From: Haliotis cracherodii
Lineage: Eukaryota
Assembly: GCF_022045235.1 (NCBI RefSeq)
Contig: NW_027266343.1
Coordinates: 55,676,001-55,740,000 of the forward strand
Length of the DNA stretch: 64,000 nucleotides
Direction: 5' to 3'
This document shows positions 26,250 through 38,985 of the stretch, in pieces. The notes under the pieces were generated by a model. That model was not told the origin of the DNA, did not search any database, and saw only the letters and a list, made by a program, of their open reading frames with translations. Each line of letters starts with the position of its first letter. The first letter of the stretch is position 1. A program made the translations under genes and the position numbers.

Positions 26250-28115
26250 GGCTTGGGGTGTTTTTTGAAGAGATGGATGGGTTTGGGATGTTGTTTGAAG
26301 AGATGGGTGGGTTTGGGATGTTGTTTGAAGAGATGGGTGGGGGTGTGATGTTGTTTGAAGAGATGGGTGGGGGTGTGATGTTGTTTGAAGAGATGGGTGG
26401 ATTTGGGATGTTGTTTGAAGAGATGGGTCGCTGTGGGATGTTGTTTGAAGAGATGGGTGAGGGTGGGGTGTTGTTTGAAGAGATGGGAGGGGGTGGGATG
26501 TTGTTCGAAGATATGTGTGGATTTGGGATGTTGTTTGAAGAGATGGGTGGGTGTGGGATGTTGTTTGAAGAGATGGGTGGGTGTGGGATGTTGTTTGAAG
26601 AGGTGGGTGGGGGTTGGGTGTTGTTTGAAGAGATGGGTGGGTGTGGGATGTTGTTTGAAGAGGTGGGTGAGATGGGATGTTGTTTGAAGAGATGGGTGGG
26701 GGTGGGATGTTGTTTGAAGAGATGGGTGGGGGTGGGATGTTGTTTCAAGAGATGGGTGGGGGTTGGGTGTTGTTTGAAGAGATGGGTCGGGGTGGGATGT
26801 TGTTTGAAGATATCGGTGGATTTGGGATGTTGTTTGAAGAGATTGTTGGGGGTGGGGTGTTGTTTGAAGAGATGGGTGGGGGTGGGATGTTGTTTGAAGA
26901 GATGGGAGGGGGTGGGATGTTGTTCGAAGATATGTGTGGATTTGGGATGTTTGAAGAGATGGGTAGGGGTGGGATGTTGTTTGAAGATATGGGTGGATTT
27001 GGGATGTTGTTTGAAGAGATTGTTGGGGATGGGATGTTGTTTGAAGAGATGGGTGGGGATGGGATGTTGTTTGAAGAGATGGGTGGGGATGGGATGTTGT
27101 TTGAGGAGATGGGTGGGGGTGGGGTGTTGTTTGAAGAGATCGGTTGGTTTAGTATGTTGTTTGAAGAGATGGGTGGGGTTGGATGTTGTTTGAAGAGATG
27201 GGTTGGGGGTGTGATGTTGTTTGAAGAGATGGGTGGGGGTGGAATGTTGTTTGAAGAGATTGGTGGGGGTGTGATGTTGTTTGAAGAGATGGGTAGGGGT
27301 GGGATGTTGTTTCAAGAGATGGGTGTGGGTGGGATGTTGTTCGAAGATATGGGTGGGGGTGGAATGTTGTTTGAAGAGATGGGTGGGGGTGGAATGTTGT
27401 TTGAAGAGATGGGTGGGGGTGGAATGTTGTTTGAAGAGATGGATGGGGATGTGATGTTGTTTGAAGAGATGGGTAGGGGTGTGATGTTGTTTGAAGAGAT
27501 GGATGGGGGTGGGATGTTGTTTGAAGAGATGGGTAGGGGTGTGATGTTGTTTGAAGAGATTGATGGGGGTGTGATGTTGTTTGAAGAGATGGGTGGGGGT
27601 TGGATGTTGTTTGGAGAGATGGGTAGGGGTGTGATGTTGTTTGAAGAGATGGATGGGGGTGTGATGTTGTTTGAAGAGATGGGTGGGGTGTGATGTTGTT
27701 TGAAGAGATGGATGGGGGTGTGATGTTGTTTGAAGAGATGGGTGGGGGTGGAATGTTGTTTGAAGAGATGGGTGGGGGTGGAATGTTGTTTGAAGAGATG
27801 GGTGGGGGTGGAATGTTGTTTGAAGAGATGGATGGGGATGTGATGTTGTTTGAAGAGATGGGTAGGGGTGTGATGTTGTTTGAAGAGATGGATGGGGGTG
27901 GGATGTTGTTTGAAGAGATGGGTAGGGGTGTGATGTTGTTTGAAGAGATGGATGGGGGTGTGATGTTGTTCGAAGATATGGGTAGGGGTGTGATGTTGTT
28001 TGAAGAGATGGGCAGGGGGTGGGATGTTGTTTGAGGAGATTGGTGGAGGTGTTGGGGTTTTGTTTGAGGAGATTGATAGGGTTGGAGTGTTTGAAGAGAT
28101 GGGTGGGGGTAGGTT
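26250..28115. repeat. 30-bp G/T-rich minisatellite (gatgttgtttgaagagatgggtgggggtgg)
   Basis: About 60 copies; generates the long frame-shifting ORFs. Confidence 0.97.
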
Positions 28116-28315
28116 TGAGGGGTGGAGAGGGTTGTTTGATGTGTTGTTTGTGGATGGGTGGGGTGGTATCTAGGGATGGTGGTTTCATGTGTTGGGTTGG
28201 GAATGGTGGGAGTGGATGTGTTGGTAGGGAGGAGCCACAGTGGTTTCATGTGTTTGGAGTGGATGTGTTGGTAGAGGGGTGGTTGAAGGGTGGGGAGAGT
28301 GTTTTGATGTCATGA

Positions 28316-28355
<40 letters not shown>

Positions 28356-28875
28356 GGTGTTTTGATGTCATATGATGAAGATGCTGATGATGATGGTAGG
28401 ATGTCAGTTGTGATGGGATTGTAGTGACAGGGCAATGTAAGCATGTGATCAGATCTAATGACCAAATGTTCCAACCAAGGACTAAACATCTGCAAGCTTG
28501 ATATTGTACCACGCCACACCTTACACACTCAGCCTTCGGGAGTGTACAGGACTCACAAGCTACTTAAGCCATCCAGCTTTACATAGGTCTCTAAAGTATC
28601 ATTTTCCCATAAATTTTTAATGGCGTCACAAACAGGTGAAGCTGTAGCGGTAACCTTTGAGAGGGGGCAGCTTGCCAACTTCATGCTATAACCTGTAGGA
28701 TAGGGCAACTTTATGCAGTCACAGCACCCAACACTTCGCTGTTATCTCGGTGCGCATCTTGTAATACAAATAGTCTCAAGTGTGGGACTCTTGCCGCCAC
28801 CTTCAGAAATGTTAACAAACATCAAAGGACATGTGTTAATTTGTTGTTTCATATCAACCTGTCTTGCTTGAAATT

Positions 28876-29041
28876 GGGGCGGTCTGGTAGCCCAGTGGTT
28901 AAAGCGTTTGCCCGTCACGCTGAAGACCTGTGTTCGATTCCCGACATGGGTACAATGTGTAAAGCCCATTTCTGGTGTCCCCCGCCATGATATTGCTGAA
29001 ATATTGCTAAAAGCGGCGTAAAACCATACTCACTCACTCAC
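28876..29041 (+). mobile_element. SINE family A
   Basis: A/B boxes and tail. Confidence 0.9.
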
Positions 29042-29939
29042 TGGAAATCAAGGTTTGTATTTCATAACTTCCTGCGCTGTTAACAGTCAGACATGCCCAA
29101 ATGTCAGTTCCCCATGAAAAACAGGTTTACGAGTTGTGGCACAATGACTATATTTCACTAATCCCAACCACCTGTTTTTTTCAGTTTCTTAGGAAGATAG
29201 TACATGATGTCAAGTGTTTGTTCCCGAAGCCGATAAGCATTGCTTATTATGAAAGTATTTGTGGGTTGTTGCTTCTGTTAAGGTTATGGAGTTGCCAAGT
29301 CATTAATTACTACTATTATGTTCCTGGTGACAGCGTGCAACTATTACATACATTCAGTAGAGGCAAACGTGCCGTTTTGATCTTGTTGGTGAACCGGCAC
29401 AAGACTTGTGGCATTTGCCGATGTAGTTTCAGTAATTGCATGTTGTAGTAGGTCTTAGCAATGCAATGTCACACTAGAGTGGGGTGGCATTCAGTGACTG
29501 ACAACGGAACATATTTGTTACGCTCCATTGAACTGTAATCCTGTGTATGGAACATCACACGACCCGCACAAGAATTCATGTCTGCTCCTATGAAGCAGAT
29601 TCCGGGCAGATTATCAGACATGTATTGGGACCATGCCAGGCAGCCATTGTTTGCAAATCTCCTTTCAACCAGATTTACATGAAGCAAAAACAGAGGTCTT
29701 GTACGTCTGCCATGGTCTTTTCATACTTAGTTGTGAATGTGCAAGCCGCTTTGATAAACGCTGGCTGAGGTCCAATGGTATCGCTGTGGTGTTTGGGTAA
29801 TGTGATCAGGATTAATCAGATTGGTAAGTGGACTTCTTTAGCAGCGCAGCTGACCAGTCTACAGTTGGTGTTGGCTTTGGACCGTCGTGTCCACATTTCC
29901 TGAGCCCAGTACACTGCCTTCACTTGACCTGGGAGACCT

Positions 29940-30177
29940 CTCAATAGGTCTTCAGCAACCCATGCTTGCCGTAAAAAGGTGACTATGCTTGTCGTAAGGG
30001 GCAACTAACGGGATCGGGTGGTCAGACTTGCTGACTTGGTTGATGCGTGTCATCATATCCCAATTGCTTAGATCGATGCACATGATGTTAATCACTGGAT
30101 TGTCTGGTCCAGAATCGATTATTTACAGACCGCTGTCATATAGATGGAATATTGCAGGGTGCTGCATTAAACAACGA
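29940..30177 (+). mobile_element. Retroposon family B
   Basis: Matches consensus from aataggtcttc. Confidence 0.88.
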
Positions 30178-30434
30178 ATGAAAATATAAAATATGTTCTC
30201 GGGAAGAGTCTGTCTTCAGATTTGATGAGGTGCACTAGTGTTCCTGTGGGTTATATCATCTATGTAGAGTTGTGGCCCTTAGTACTACCTGGATACACTG
30301 TTCATAGGTTCAAACACTGATTCACCCACATTATGGTCCGTATGCTTTTGCAGTCTCCACCTGTGTTCATAGCTTCACCAAAATGGTGAACGGCAGTACT
30401 CAGTACAGATATAGCCCAACAACTTCATTGTCTT

Positions 30435-30620
30435 GAGCTGTGCAGAGTTGCATCCCTTGAGCACACCAGACACCTATGATCGTAGGTTTGAACCCGGGTT
30501 CACCCCGATTATTTTTAAGCTTTGTCAGCACCATACCTGTACTCGTGGGTGTCACCGAAGTAGTAAAAGTCGAAGACCTGATTCACTTCAGGCTTTCCTT
30601 CCTCACTCACTCACTCACCC
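30435..30620 (+). mobile_element. SINE family D, partial; runs into ACTC/ACCC array
   Basis: gctgtgcagagttgcatccc..ggtttgaacccggg..tgtcagcaccatacc. Confidence 0.8.
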
Positions 30621-31559
30621 ACCCACCCTACCACTCACTCACCCACCTTCCACCCACCTTCCACCCACTCTCACTCACTCACTCACTCACTCACTCACCC
30701 ACCCACCTTCCACCCNNNNNNNNNNNNNNNNNNNNNNNNNNNNNNNNNNNNNNNNNNNNNNNNNNNNNNNNNNNNNNNNNNNNNNNNNNNNNNNNNNNNN
30801 NNNNNNNNNNNNNNNNNNNNNNNNNNNNNNNNNNNNNNNNNNNNNNNNNNNNNNNNNNNNNNNNNNNNNCACCCACTCTCACTCACTCACTCACTCACCC
30901 ACCCACCTTCCACCCACCTTCCACCCACTCTCACTCACTCACTCACTCACTCACTCACCCACCCACCCACTCACTCACTCACTCACTCACCCACCCACCC
31001 ACTCACTCACCCACCTTCCACCCNNNNNNNNNNNNNNNNNNNNNNNNNNNNNNNNNNNNNNNNNNNNNNNNNNNNNNNNNNNNNNNNNNNNNNNNNNNNN
31101 NNNNNNNNNNNNNNNNNNNNNNNNNNNNNNNNNNNNNNNNNNNNNNNNNNNNNNNNNNNNNNNNNNNNNNNNNNNNNNNNNNNNNNNNNNNNNNNNNNNN
31201 NNNNNNNNNNNNNNNNNNNNNNNNNNNNNNNNNNNNNNNNNNNNNNNNNNNNNNNNNNNNNNNNNNNNNNNNNNNNNNNNNNNNNNNNNNNNNNNNNNNN
31301 NNNNNNNNNNNNNNNNNNNNNNNNNNNNNNNNNNNNNNNNNNNNNNNNNNNNNNNNNNNNNNNNNNNNNNNNNNNNNNNNNNNNNNNNNNNNNNNNNNNN
31401 NNNNNNNNNNNNNNNNNNNNNNNNNNNNNNNNNNNNNNNNNNNNNNNNNNNNNNNNNNNNNNNNNNNNNNNNNNNNNNNNNNNNNNNNNNNNNNNNNNNN
31501 NNNNNNNNNNNNNNNNNNNNNNNNNNNNNNNNNNNNNNNNNNNNNNNNNNNNNNNNNNN
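30600..31559. repeat. ACTC/ACCC simple repeat with assembly gaps (N at 30716-30869 and 31024-31559)
   Basis: Direct reading. Confidence 0.95.
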
Positions 31560-32016
31560 TCATGTAATGAACTTGGACTGACCCCCAATGTGTGCTGTCT
31601 GTGATGTACTACAAGTACTACACATCTGACCAGGTGTACTTTTAGCAGTTGTGACAATACATTACAAGATATAGGCACCCTTTACACACGAGGCATGGCT
31701 GTTATTCAATATAATAATGTGATGAATACAGTGTTTGAAAGTATTGTAGAACCGACAAGACAGTCGGCCAGGTGACCCGTAAGTGTTGCCTGTCCATCTT
31801 CAAAGTTACCGGCCTGCATTCAGGCATCATGAATAGTGAAAATCCGAAAAATAATAAGATTGAATACGAAAGTATGTCACAAGTGGATAATGATGGTTTG
31901 GTTTGAACAAATTAGGCCACTTTTTTTCGTAAACGTTTAACCAACACTGAAAAATGTGGCATGCAATGAAATGTACTGTGTACCTCAATACCTGGTAACA
32001 TGCTTATAAATAACTA

Positions 32017-32217
32017 GGGTCAGATGGGTAGCCTAGTGGTTAAAGCGTTCGCTCGTCACGCCGAAGATCTGGGTTCGATGGGTACAATGTGTGAAGCCCA
32101 TTTCTGATGTCTCCAGCCGTGATATTGCTGGAAGGAATATTGCTAAAAGCGGCGTAAAACCAAACTCACTCACTCACTCACTCACTCACTCACTCACTCA
32201 CTCACTCACTCACTCAC
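32017..32217 (+). mobile_element. SINE family A with expanded (actc)n tail
   Basis: A/B boxes; long ACTC run. Confidence 0.88.
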
Positions 32218-32544
32218 TATAAATGACTGTGTTGCATATCATTTTGTATTGATTCGTATCGATTTACAATAGTGGTATTGTGACTTGACATATCATCGAA
32301 TCATTCCGTCCAATCAAGGCCAATGTATGCATATATTTTGGCATGGAAATACCTTGATGTCCCACATTGTGTGGAATCTGCTTGTCTCCATGGTGATTAC
32401 ATGTTGGTACTGGTCCCGAGCAAATGATGCTTGTCTCCATGGTGATTTCAGGTTAGGATTGGTCCCCAGCAAGTAATGCTTGTCTCCATGGTGATGACAT
32501 GTTAGGATTGGTCCCCAGCGATCTATGCCAGTCTTAATGGATTG

Positions 32545-32600
32545 TCACGATATGGCTAAAATATTGCCGATGTGACTATAAACCTTAACTCACTCACTCA
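32545..32600 (+). mobile_element. Tail-only (5'-truncated) retroposon insertion
   Basis: cacgatatggctaaaatattgccgatgtgac..(actc)n between perfect 12-bp TSDs cttaatggattg. Confidence 0.75.
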
Positions 32601-32624
32601 CTTAATGGATTGAGTGTTCAGGTT

Positions 32625-32785
32625 CATTGACCTTGTTGAGTGTGTGTCATCATCCTCTGGTGGAGTAGATCGATGCCCATTTAACAATTACTTCATTGTT
32701 TAGTCCAGACTATATTTACGTACTGCCAGCCGGCATAAATCTGGACTATTGCTGGAATATTGCTGAGTGAGACGTTACAAACAAG
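32625..32785 (+). mobile_element. Retroposon family B, highly diverged
   Basis: gtagatcgatgc..gtccagac..gctggaatattgctgagtgagacgttac. Confidence 0.6.
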
Positions 32786-33044
32786 CCTTTGTGTCCCAAA
32801 CAATTCTGTCACATGTTCTCAAGAATCTTCTGTAACATGTACCCAATAATGTACTGTCACAGTTCTATCTTTTGTAAGTCCAGAATAATAGTTTTTATGT
32901 CCAGAACACAGCCTATGAATTGCACTCTCAGCATTAAATTGGCTATCAGACATATTTTATTGGTATTCTGTGGTATAAACAATTCATTCAATACAGATTT
33001 CTGTGTGGAATTATCTACACAAAGAAAGAACTATTAACAACAAG

Positions 33045-33715
33045 ACCTGTGAAGGTCCGGGATAGAATAGGTCTTCAGCAACCCATGCTTGCCGTAAAAG
33101 GCGACTATGCTTGTCGTAAAAGGCGACTAACAGGATTGGGTGGTCAGGCTCACTGACTTGGTTGATGCATGTCATCGATCCCAATAACGAGGTGACCGCC
33201 TCCATGGTCTAATGGTAGAGCGTCCGCCCGGAGAGCGGAAGGTTCGGAGTTCGATCCCTGGCCACCTCATACCAAAAGACGTTACAAGATGGTACTTGTT
33301 GTTACCCTGTCTGGCGCTCGGCATTAAGGGGTTAAAGCAAGAACTGGTCGGCTCGGAGTCAGTATACTGTGTCTGTGTGGGGTATTCATGTTAAACTGTG
33401 TCATGGTATCTCAGTGGGTTAGCACTTTAAATCGGCATCATTCCGGTCTAGTACAAGCAGCCACACACACACGTACATGCACGTCGCTATATAAGTGCAG
33501 TAATCTTTGACGCGACGTTAAACCCCATTTCACCTCACCATCACAATAACGTGTATCGATGTTCGTGATGTCAATCACTGGATTGTCTGGTCCAGACTCG
33601 ATTATTTACAGACCGCCGTCATATAGCTGGAATATTGCTGAGAGCGGCTGAAAAGAAGACGAAGAAGTCCTTGGCAGTTATTCAGACCAACAAACCAACC
33701 AACCAACCAACCAAT
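33045..33715 (+). mobile_element. Retroposon family B split by a family C SINE
   Basis: 5' part 33045-33189, 3' part from 33544. Confidence 0.88.
33190..33543 (+). mobile_element. SINE family C (V-SINE-like), full length, nested in a family B copy
   Basis: A/B boxes, V-like domain ataccaaaagacgttacaagatggtacttgttgttaccctgtctggcgctcggcattaaggg; TSD caataacg (33182-33189 / 33544-33551). Confidence 0.9.
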
Positions 33716-33720
33716 TAACA

Positions 33721-34075
33721 AAGAATCTTGTAGACGACAGTGTATGCAGCTTTTGTAATGTGGTCATTGAGGACATCAGCCATGTCTTTTTGGAATGTAA
33801 TGAAATTAAACAATTTTGGAATGATCTCGAACTTTTGCTCATTAATTATCTTTCACAAAAAATTAATTTGACAAAATATCTTATTTGGTTTGGCTGTAAC
33901 TACTCTAATACTTAAATCAATCAAATACTTTTATTTGGGAAAATGCATATTTATGTATGTTGAATCAGAAGAACCAAACCAAAAATATATGTACTTTTAA
34001 AACTACTTAAAACATATGTTCAATGGATAAATCTTTTGCTATGAAAAGGGTGACAAAAATAACTTTCATAAGTAA
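33721..34075 (+). pseudogene. L1/Tx1-type LINE ORF2 C-terminal relic (zf-RVT region)
   Basis: Frame from 33721 reads KNLVDDSVCSFCNVVIEDISHVFLECNEIKQFWNDLE...IWFG...NQILLFGKMHIY with in-frame stops; CxxC..E...H....C......W is the zf-RVT signature. Confidence 0.8.
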
Positions 34076-35603
34076 ACTTTAGGTCACTTTTATTCTCAGC
34101 ATTTGAATCTTAGCCCTCTGTTGATGCATGCTATGTTTGAATCTGATAGTGTATTGCAACCCTTTTGGTTTAAAAGGGGACAATGTTTGTTCCAAAATTT
34201 TTAAAGAGTGTATTGTGTCATTCTCTTCAATCCGAAATATATTTTTGATGGAATACTGTATTACTCTCAAACTCTTGGAACAATTAAAAAATATAAAAAA
34301 TCATATTAGGAGTAATATTTAATCAGCTCTAAGTTTTTTATCGACCGTAAAGAAATGTGTAACCTACATAAAACATCTAGAAAAATAGCTTTAGCAATGG
34401 CTACGAAATTGATTGCCATCCTGCATATTATGATTATCTGTGTGCATTTCGATATCCTTGAAAAGATTTACAGTGTGCACATTATATCCCATGCTGGGAC
34501 CGGTGCCAGTGAATGACTCACTGTTTATTGACATACTGGTACTGGCTATTTGCATCAATATATCTTCTTGATAGTCCCCGTGTTTGCAATCCCTTGCTCT
34601 CGGAGCAGGGCCTTTGTTCTGTTCAAGGTGTCATTTGTCAGGTGTGTTTGCTGTTGTGAATATTGATAATGTTGATCACACTGCTGAGTATTTGTGAAAG
34701 CTTATGTTTGATGTGTGCCTCTCCAAGTGTTTTCATTGGTTTCTGTCTGTGGTTTGTTTTCTTCATAATTGATTGGTTTTGTTGTGGACAAAGTCGTGTT
34801 GTGAAATATACCTGTGACAGCCCGTCAGGAAGAATGTACCCATGACTGACTCTTTCATGGTGTTTTATTGTTATTCTTTGCCTGTTTTTGGGGCCCATTC
34901 TTGAAGTGGCCCCACCCAATTGAGGCCAATAGTTCATGCAGGTGATAAATCATGTATACCCTACAGACATTTTTGCTGTATTTATGATGAGTCAACGGGA
35001 ATAATTCCTTTGTTAGTTGTTTACATTTGTGTGAGAGGCAGTGAGTTGTCAAGTGGTTAAAGCTTTTGTTTGGAGTTCTCAAAAAAAGGTTTGTTTTGAA
35101 GCTCTGATGGGCCTATTATGCTGTCATCAGCTACTGGCTGTGGTCACTCACTCACTCACTCACTCACTCACTTTAAGAAAGCCTAATTGTCATGTGAATG
35201 GAATGTAAATTTTGTTGTTTTGTAATTTATTGCTAAGCCTTTGATAGAAATGATTGTTTGAATAATTGCAGTTACTTTGACAAAACAAACAATATAATGG
35301 TGAACAAATAGCGGAGGCGAAAGATGGGCTGGCCGGCCACCATCTTGTTGTCTGCATGTTTTCGATGTCTGATAGTGCTGATGGAGTACAAGGAATGAGG
35401 CTGTTGATAGCTCAACACTGCCCAGTCGTTAGCATGACAGGACTCAACCAATATAGTCATTACATGGAAAATGCTTGGAAGGGAACATCTCAAAAGTCAT
35501 TTACAGCATTTTGGACATCAAGTCAGCAGTCAGTGTACTTTAATGGTTTAAAGATTTTTTTGATTTACTTTATAATTTACTGCCCTTTATTCATTGACTC
35601 ATG

Positions 35604-35806
35604 ACCCGTAAAGATCTATGCTTGTTGTAAGAGGCGACTAACGGGATCGGGTGGTCAGGCTCGCTGACTTGGTTGATGCTTGTTGTATCCCAATTGCATG
35701 GATTGATGCTCATGGTGTCAATCACTGGATTGACTTAGTTATTTACAGACTGTTGTCATATGGCTGAAATATTGCTGAGTGTGACGTTAAACAACAAACA
35801 AACAAA
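35604..35806 (+). mobile_element. Retroposon family B with deletions
   Basis: Head joined directly to second hairpin; tail intact. Confidence 0.85.
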
Positions 35807-36847
35807 TCATTGAGTCAAAATCTGTGAAGTTTCGCCTTGATTATTATCCTTGGTTCATACAAATCAAACACTTCTGTATATCACCAGACCTCCATGAAAT
35901 GTATTAATTTGGATTTCCTCTACTATTCCACCCAGATATGAATGAATACTGTTCAAGGCAGCATTGTATCTCTAAATAATAGAAAACTTGGAACACACCT
36001 ACTCCAAACATCTATCTGATTTTGAGATGTCCCCTGGGGTGTGTGAGGCACCATTGTAGAGAATCAGCGTGTTCTGTCTCCCAGTCCCTGAACCATCTGA
36101 TATTGACTTCCGCCTAGCCCTGTCTGTAATGCAAAAGTCCTAAATTATGCAAGGCTAGATTTTTCTTAGGTTCTGAACTTTTTCACTGGAGCTCCTTTTC
36201 ATTTTACATAGAGTTATTTTTTTCCATCAAAATCATATATTTTCAGTCTAACAGGCTTCCGTCCACTTATCTTGTCACGACTGGGTGTCAGTAGCCTTGC
36301 TTCAAGGCTGAAATGAATAAGTCCATGGGTGTAGAGTAATTCTAACTTTATAGTAGGCTAGTCTGGATAGTACAAATCTACTGACTCCAGATATTATGCC
36401 TGAGAGACTGATGCAAGTCTAGGGCACCAGCAGCTCACTCGATGCTTAACGCTTGTCAGTGGGATTATGCCGAGTACAGATAGGTCAGGAGGTGTTTGAT
36501 CTGACCATGATGTTATTACGTCTTGCACAGTTACCCTGTACTTGGATGCAGGGTGTCGTGGACGGCCTCACAGTATGATTGGCCACTGATTAGTAAGGGC
36601 TGTAGATGATTTGATACTGATTGGATTAGTGAAGGTGATATATTTCGTGTTACATCTGAAGTGCTGCACGTGATGAGTATATCCAAACAGTTGTTCTTGA
36701 TAGTATGTATCGTAGACTGGTTTTGTCTTTCATGATGGCCCCTTAGCAGAAAGTCAAGATGTCAAGACTTTCATACAATTTCAAAGAAAGTAATTATTCT
36801 GGCCACAGGTATTAACACTAGGGCTGGGACAAGTCCAAATTTACTGA

Positions 36848-36998
36848 GGCATGGTATCTCAGTGAGCTACCACTATAAATCAGCATCAGTCCGGATTAGT
36901 ACAAGCAGCCACACAAACGCACACACGTACATGCACGTTGCTATATAAGTGCAATAATCTTGGTCGCGACGTTAATCCCCATTTCATCTCACCTCACC
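36848..36998 (+). mobile_element. SINE family C, 3' half
   Basis: Matches the 3' half of the 33190 copy including tail. Confidence 0.85.
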
Positions 36999-37586
36999 AA
37001 GGCAATGATGCCGCATTGCATAATATGTCTTGATCAGTGTAAGATGTATTTTGAAAGTAATAATTTTCAAGATGTTGATGTGTTACTTGAAGAAGGGAGT
37101 TCAACGATATATCAAACTATTGAACTATCACAATTGATAGATCACAATCGATAGTTTCAATATTGATAAATAAAACATATTATGTAAATTACAAACCTGC
37201 CTGTGTGGTTAGTTCGCAAGGATTACGACAACTTCAGATTAGAGTTACTTGAACTTACTTTCTTTGGTTTGAGTAGCGACAGGAAAATTTACCATGTTTG
37301 AGATTGTCAGCATTACTTTGAACTTGGTTTACTACTATTGCAGTCCTATTGCAAAAGTAAGGGCTACTCTTGCAATATAATCGCAGTAGTGAAAATAGCC
37401 CAACTGCTCACCCCTAATCGAAAAGGTCTGTTCAGGGTGTGTCATTGGAGAAATTCATTTGACTCAATCATATAACATCGCTCACTCCAACTGAACCCAC
37501 TACCTAACAAATGTCATGAAAAATGTGATTGCAATTCCATGTTAACTTGTCTATCAATGGACTTTATGTATTTTTGTGTATTTCAG

Positions 37587-37811
37587 AGTCCATCAAACAC
37601 GTGCACTTGGCCCGACCAACCTCCCACGGTCCAGCATGGAGCTTTCTCTCTCTCGCCTGGGGTCTGAGTTTCAAGCTCAATGATCCGATGTGGTGGCAGC
37701 CACTTTCTGATTGGTCAAGGAGTGACCACGCAACCACACCTCCATGGCCCGGTATTGAGCCCCTTCGCACCCTGGTTTTATGCCTTCCAGGCCTCGCTCT
37801 TATCTCAGACG
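37587..37811 (+). other. Probable 5' UTR part of the FAM53 start-codon exon, with upstream ATGs
   Basis: Acceptor tttttgtgtatttcag| at 37586, second acceptor ttttatgccttccag| at 37790; higher GC than flanks; ATGs at 37636, 37688, 37744, 37780. Confidence 0.5.
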
Positions 37812-37919
37812 ATGCTAGCGCTGATAACGGAGAAGCTTCAGAACCAATCTCTTGATGATGCAGCAGCCGCGGCAGCCGCTGTTTCAGCCAATCAGGCAGC
37901 TAGACACTTGAAAATACCA
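37812..37919 (+). CDS. FAM53: FAM53-family protein, first coding exon (MLALITEKLQNQSLDDAAAAAAAVSANQAARHLKIP)
   Basis: ATG at 37812; LITEKLQNQSLDD closely matches the FAM53A-type N-terminus (MVTLITEKLQSQSLDD); consensus donor CCA|GTAAGT at 37919/37920, phase 0. Confidence 0.88.
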
Positions 37920-37977
37920 GTAAGTTAGATATATGCTACTCAAGTTAAGGAACACCTGATTTTAATATGACTCTAAA

Positions 37978-38140
37978 GGGGAGTGGGGTGGCCTGGTGGT
38001 TAAAGTGTTCGCACGTCACGCCAAAGACCTGGGTTTGGTTTTGACATGGGTACAATGTGTGAAGCCCATTTCTGGAGTCTGCTGATGTGATATTGCTGGA
38101 ATATTGCTAAAAGTGGTGTAAAAGAATACTCACTCACTCA
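37978..38140 (+). mobile_element. SINE family A nested in a family F MITE
   Basis: Flanked by atatgact duplication inside MITE sequence. Confidence 0.85.
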
Positions 38141-38395
38141 ATTCATATGACTAGTTAATCTGTCATGGCTGGTGAGTATTAAAAGCATTAAAAGCGATAA
38201 AAGCATTTTTATTCTGCTAGTCCTTATAATAATAGCACATATCAAATCCCTTTTGAATGGCAAATTTCTACTGGTCCTTAACTGTTGGATGATGAGGCAA
38301 GGACTAAAAGACCAGTGCCAGTTTCTATCACTGTTTAACTAATGCAACACACAACCTTCCAACTGTGGCTGTTCTTTAACGTGTTAAAAAATATA

Positions 38396-38487
38396 TACTA
38401 CTCAAAAGAAGTTAAGGATCACCCGATGACAGATTAACATTACCAATATGAAAGAATCGGGTGATTCTTAACTTCTTTTGAGTAGTA
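38396..38487. mobile_element. MITE family F, hairpin mini-copy
   Basis: tactactcaaaagaagttaaggatcacccgat / atcgggtgattctttaacttcttttgagtagta. Confidence 0.8.
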
Positions 38488-38569
38488 TATATTGGTATTT
38501 GGACTGTTGTTGATTGAAGTATTCAGGGGGATTTGGCTGATCCAGGGGTCTACAAATCGTGGTGCAGTG

Positions 38570-38705
38570 TTGCACCAGGATCTGCTGATTGTAGGTTTGA
38601 AACCCCAGATTTTCCTGTCTGTCCACACCAAAATGTCACCCCTGGTCTTTCTTGACTGACATGCTGGTGTTATCAGTGAAATACTGTTTTTATCCACCTC
38701 ACTCA
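38570..38705 (+). mobile_element. SINE family D, degenerate
   Basis: gattgtaggtttgaaacccc..ctgacatgc..gaaatactgtt..cactca. Confidence 0.45.
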
Positions 38706-38715
38706 GTCATGTTTA

Positions 38716-38985
38716 CACCTGTGAAGATCCGGGGTAGAATAGGTCTTCAGCAACCCATGCTTGCTGTAAAAGGCGACTGTGCTTGTTGTGAGAGGAGGCT
38801 AATGGTTAGGGATGGTAAGACTCGCTGACATGGTTGATGCATGTCATGGTATCCCAATTGCGTGGATCGACGCTTATGATGTCAGTTACTGGATTGTCTG
38901 GTCCAGACTCGATTATTTACAGACCGCCGTCATATAGCTGGAATATTGCTGAGTGTGACGTTAAACAACAAACAAGTAAACAAAC
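38716..38985 (+). mobile_element. Retroposon family B, full length
   Basis: Consensus match; tcatgtt repeated at flanks. Confidence 0.9.

Noticed and set aside
26197-28249. Long ORFs on both strands (329-663 aa)
   Set aside because: 30-bp repeat translation; frames swap at indels; no unique sequence.
30433-31678. ORFs of 186-382 aa
   Set aside because: Run through N gaps and simple repeats.
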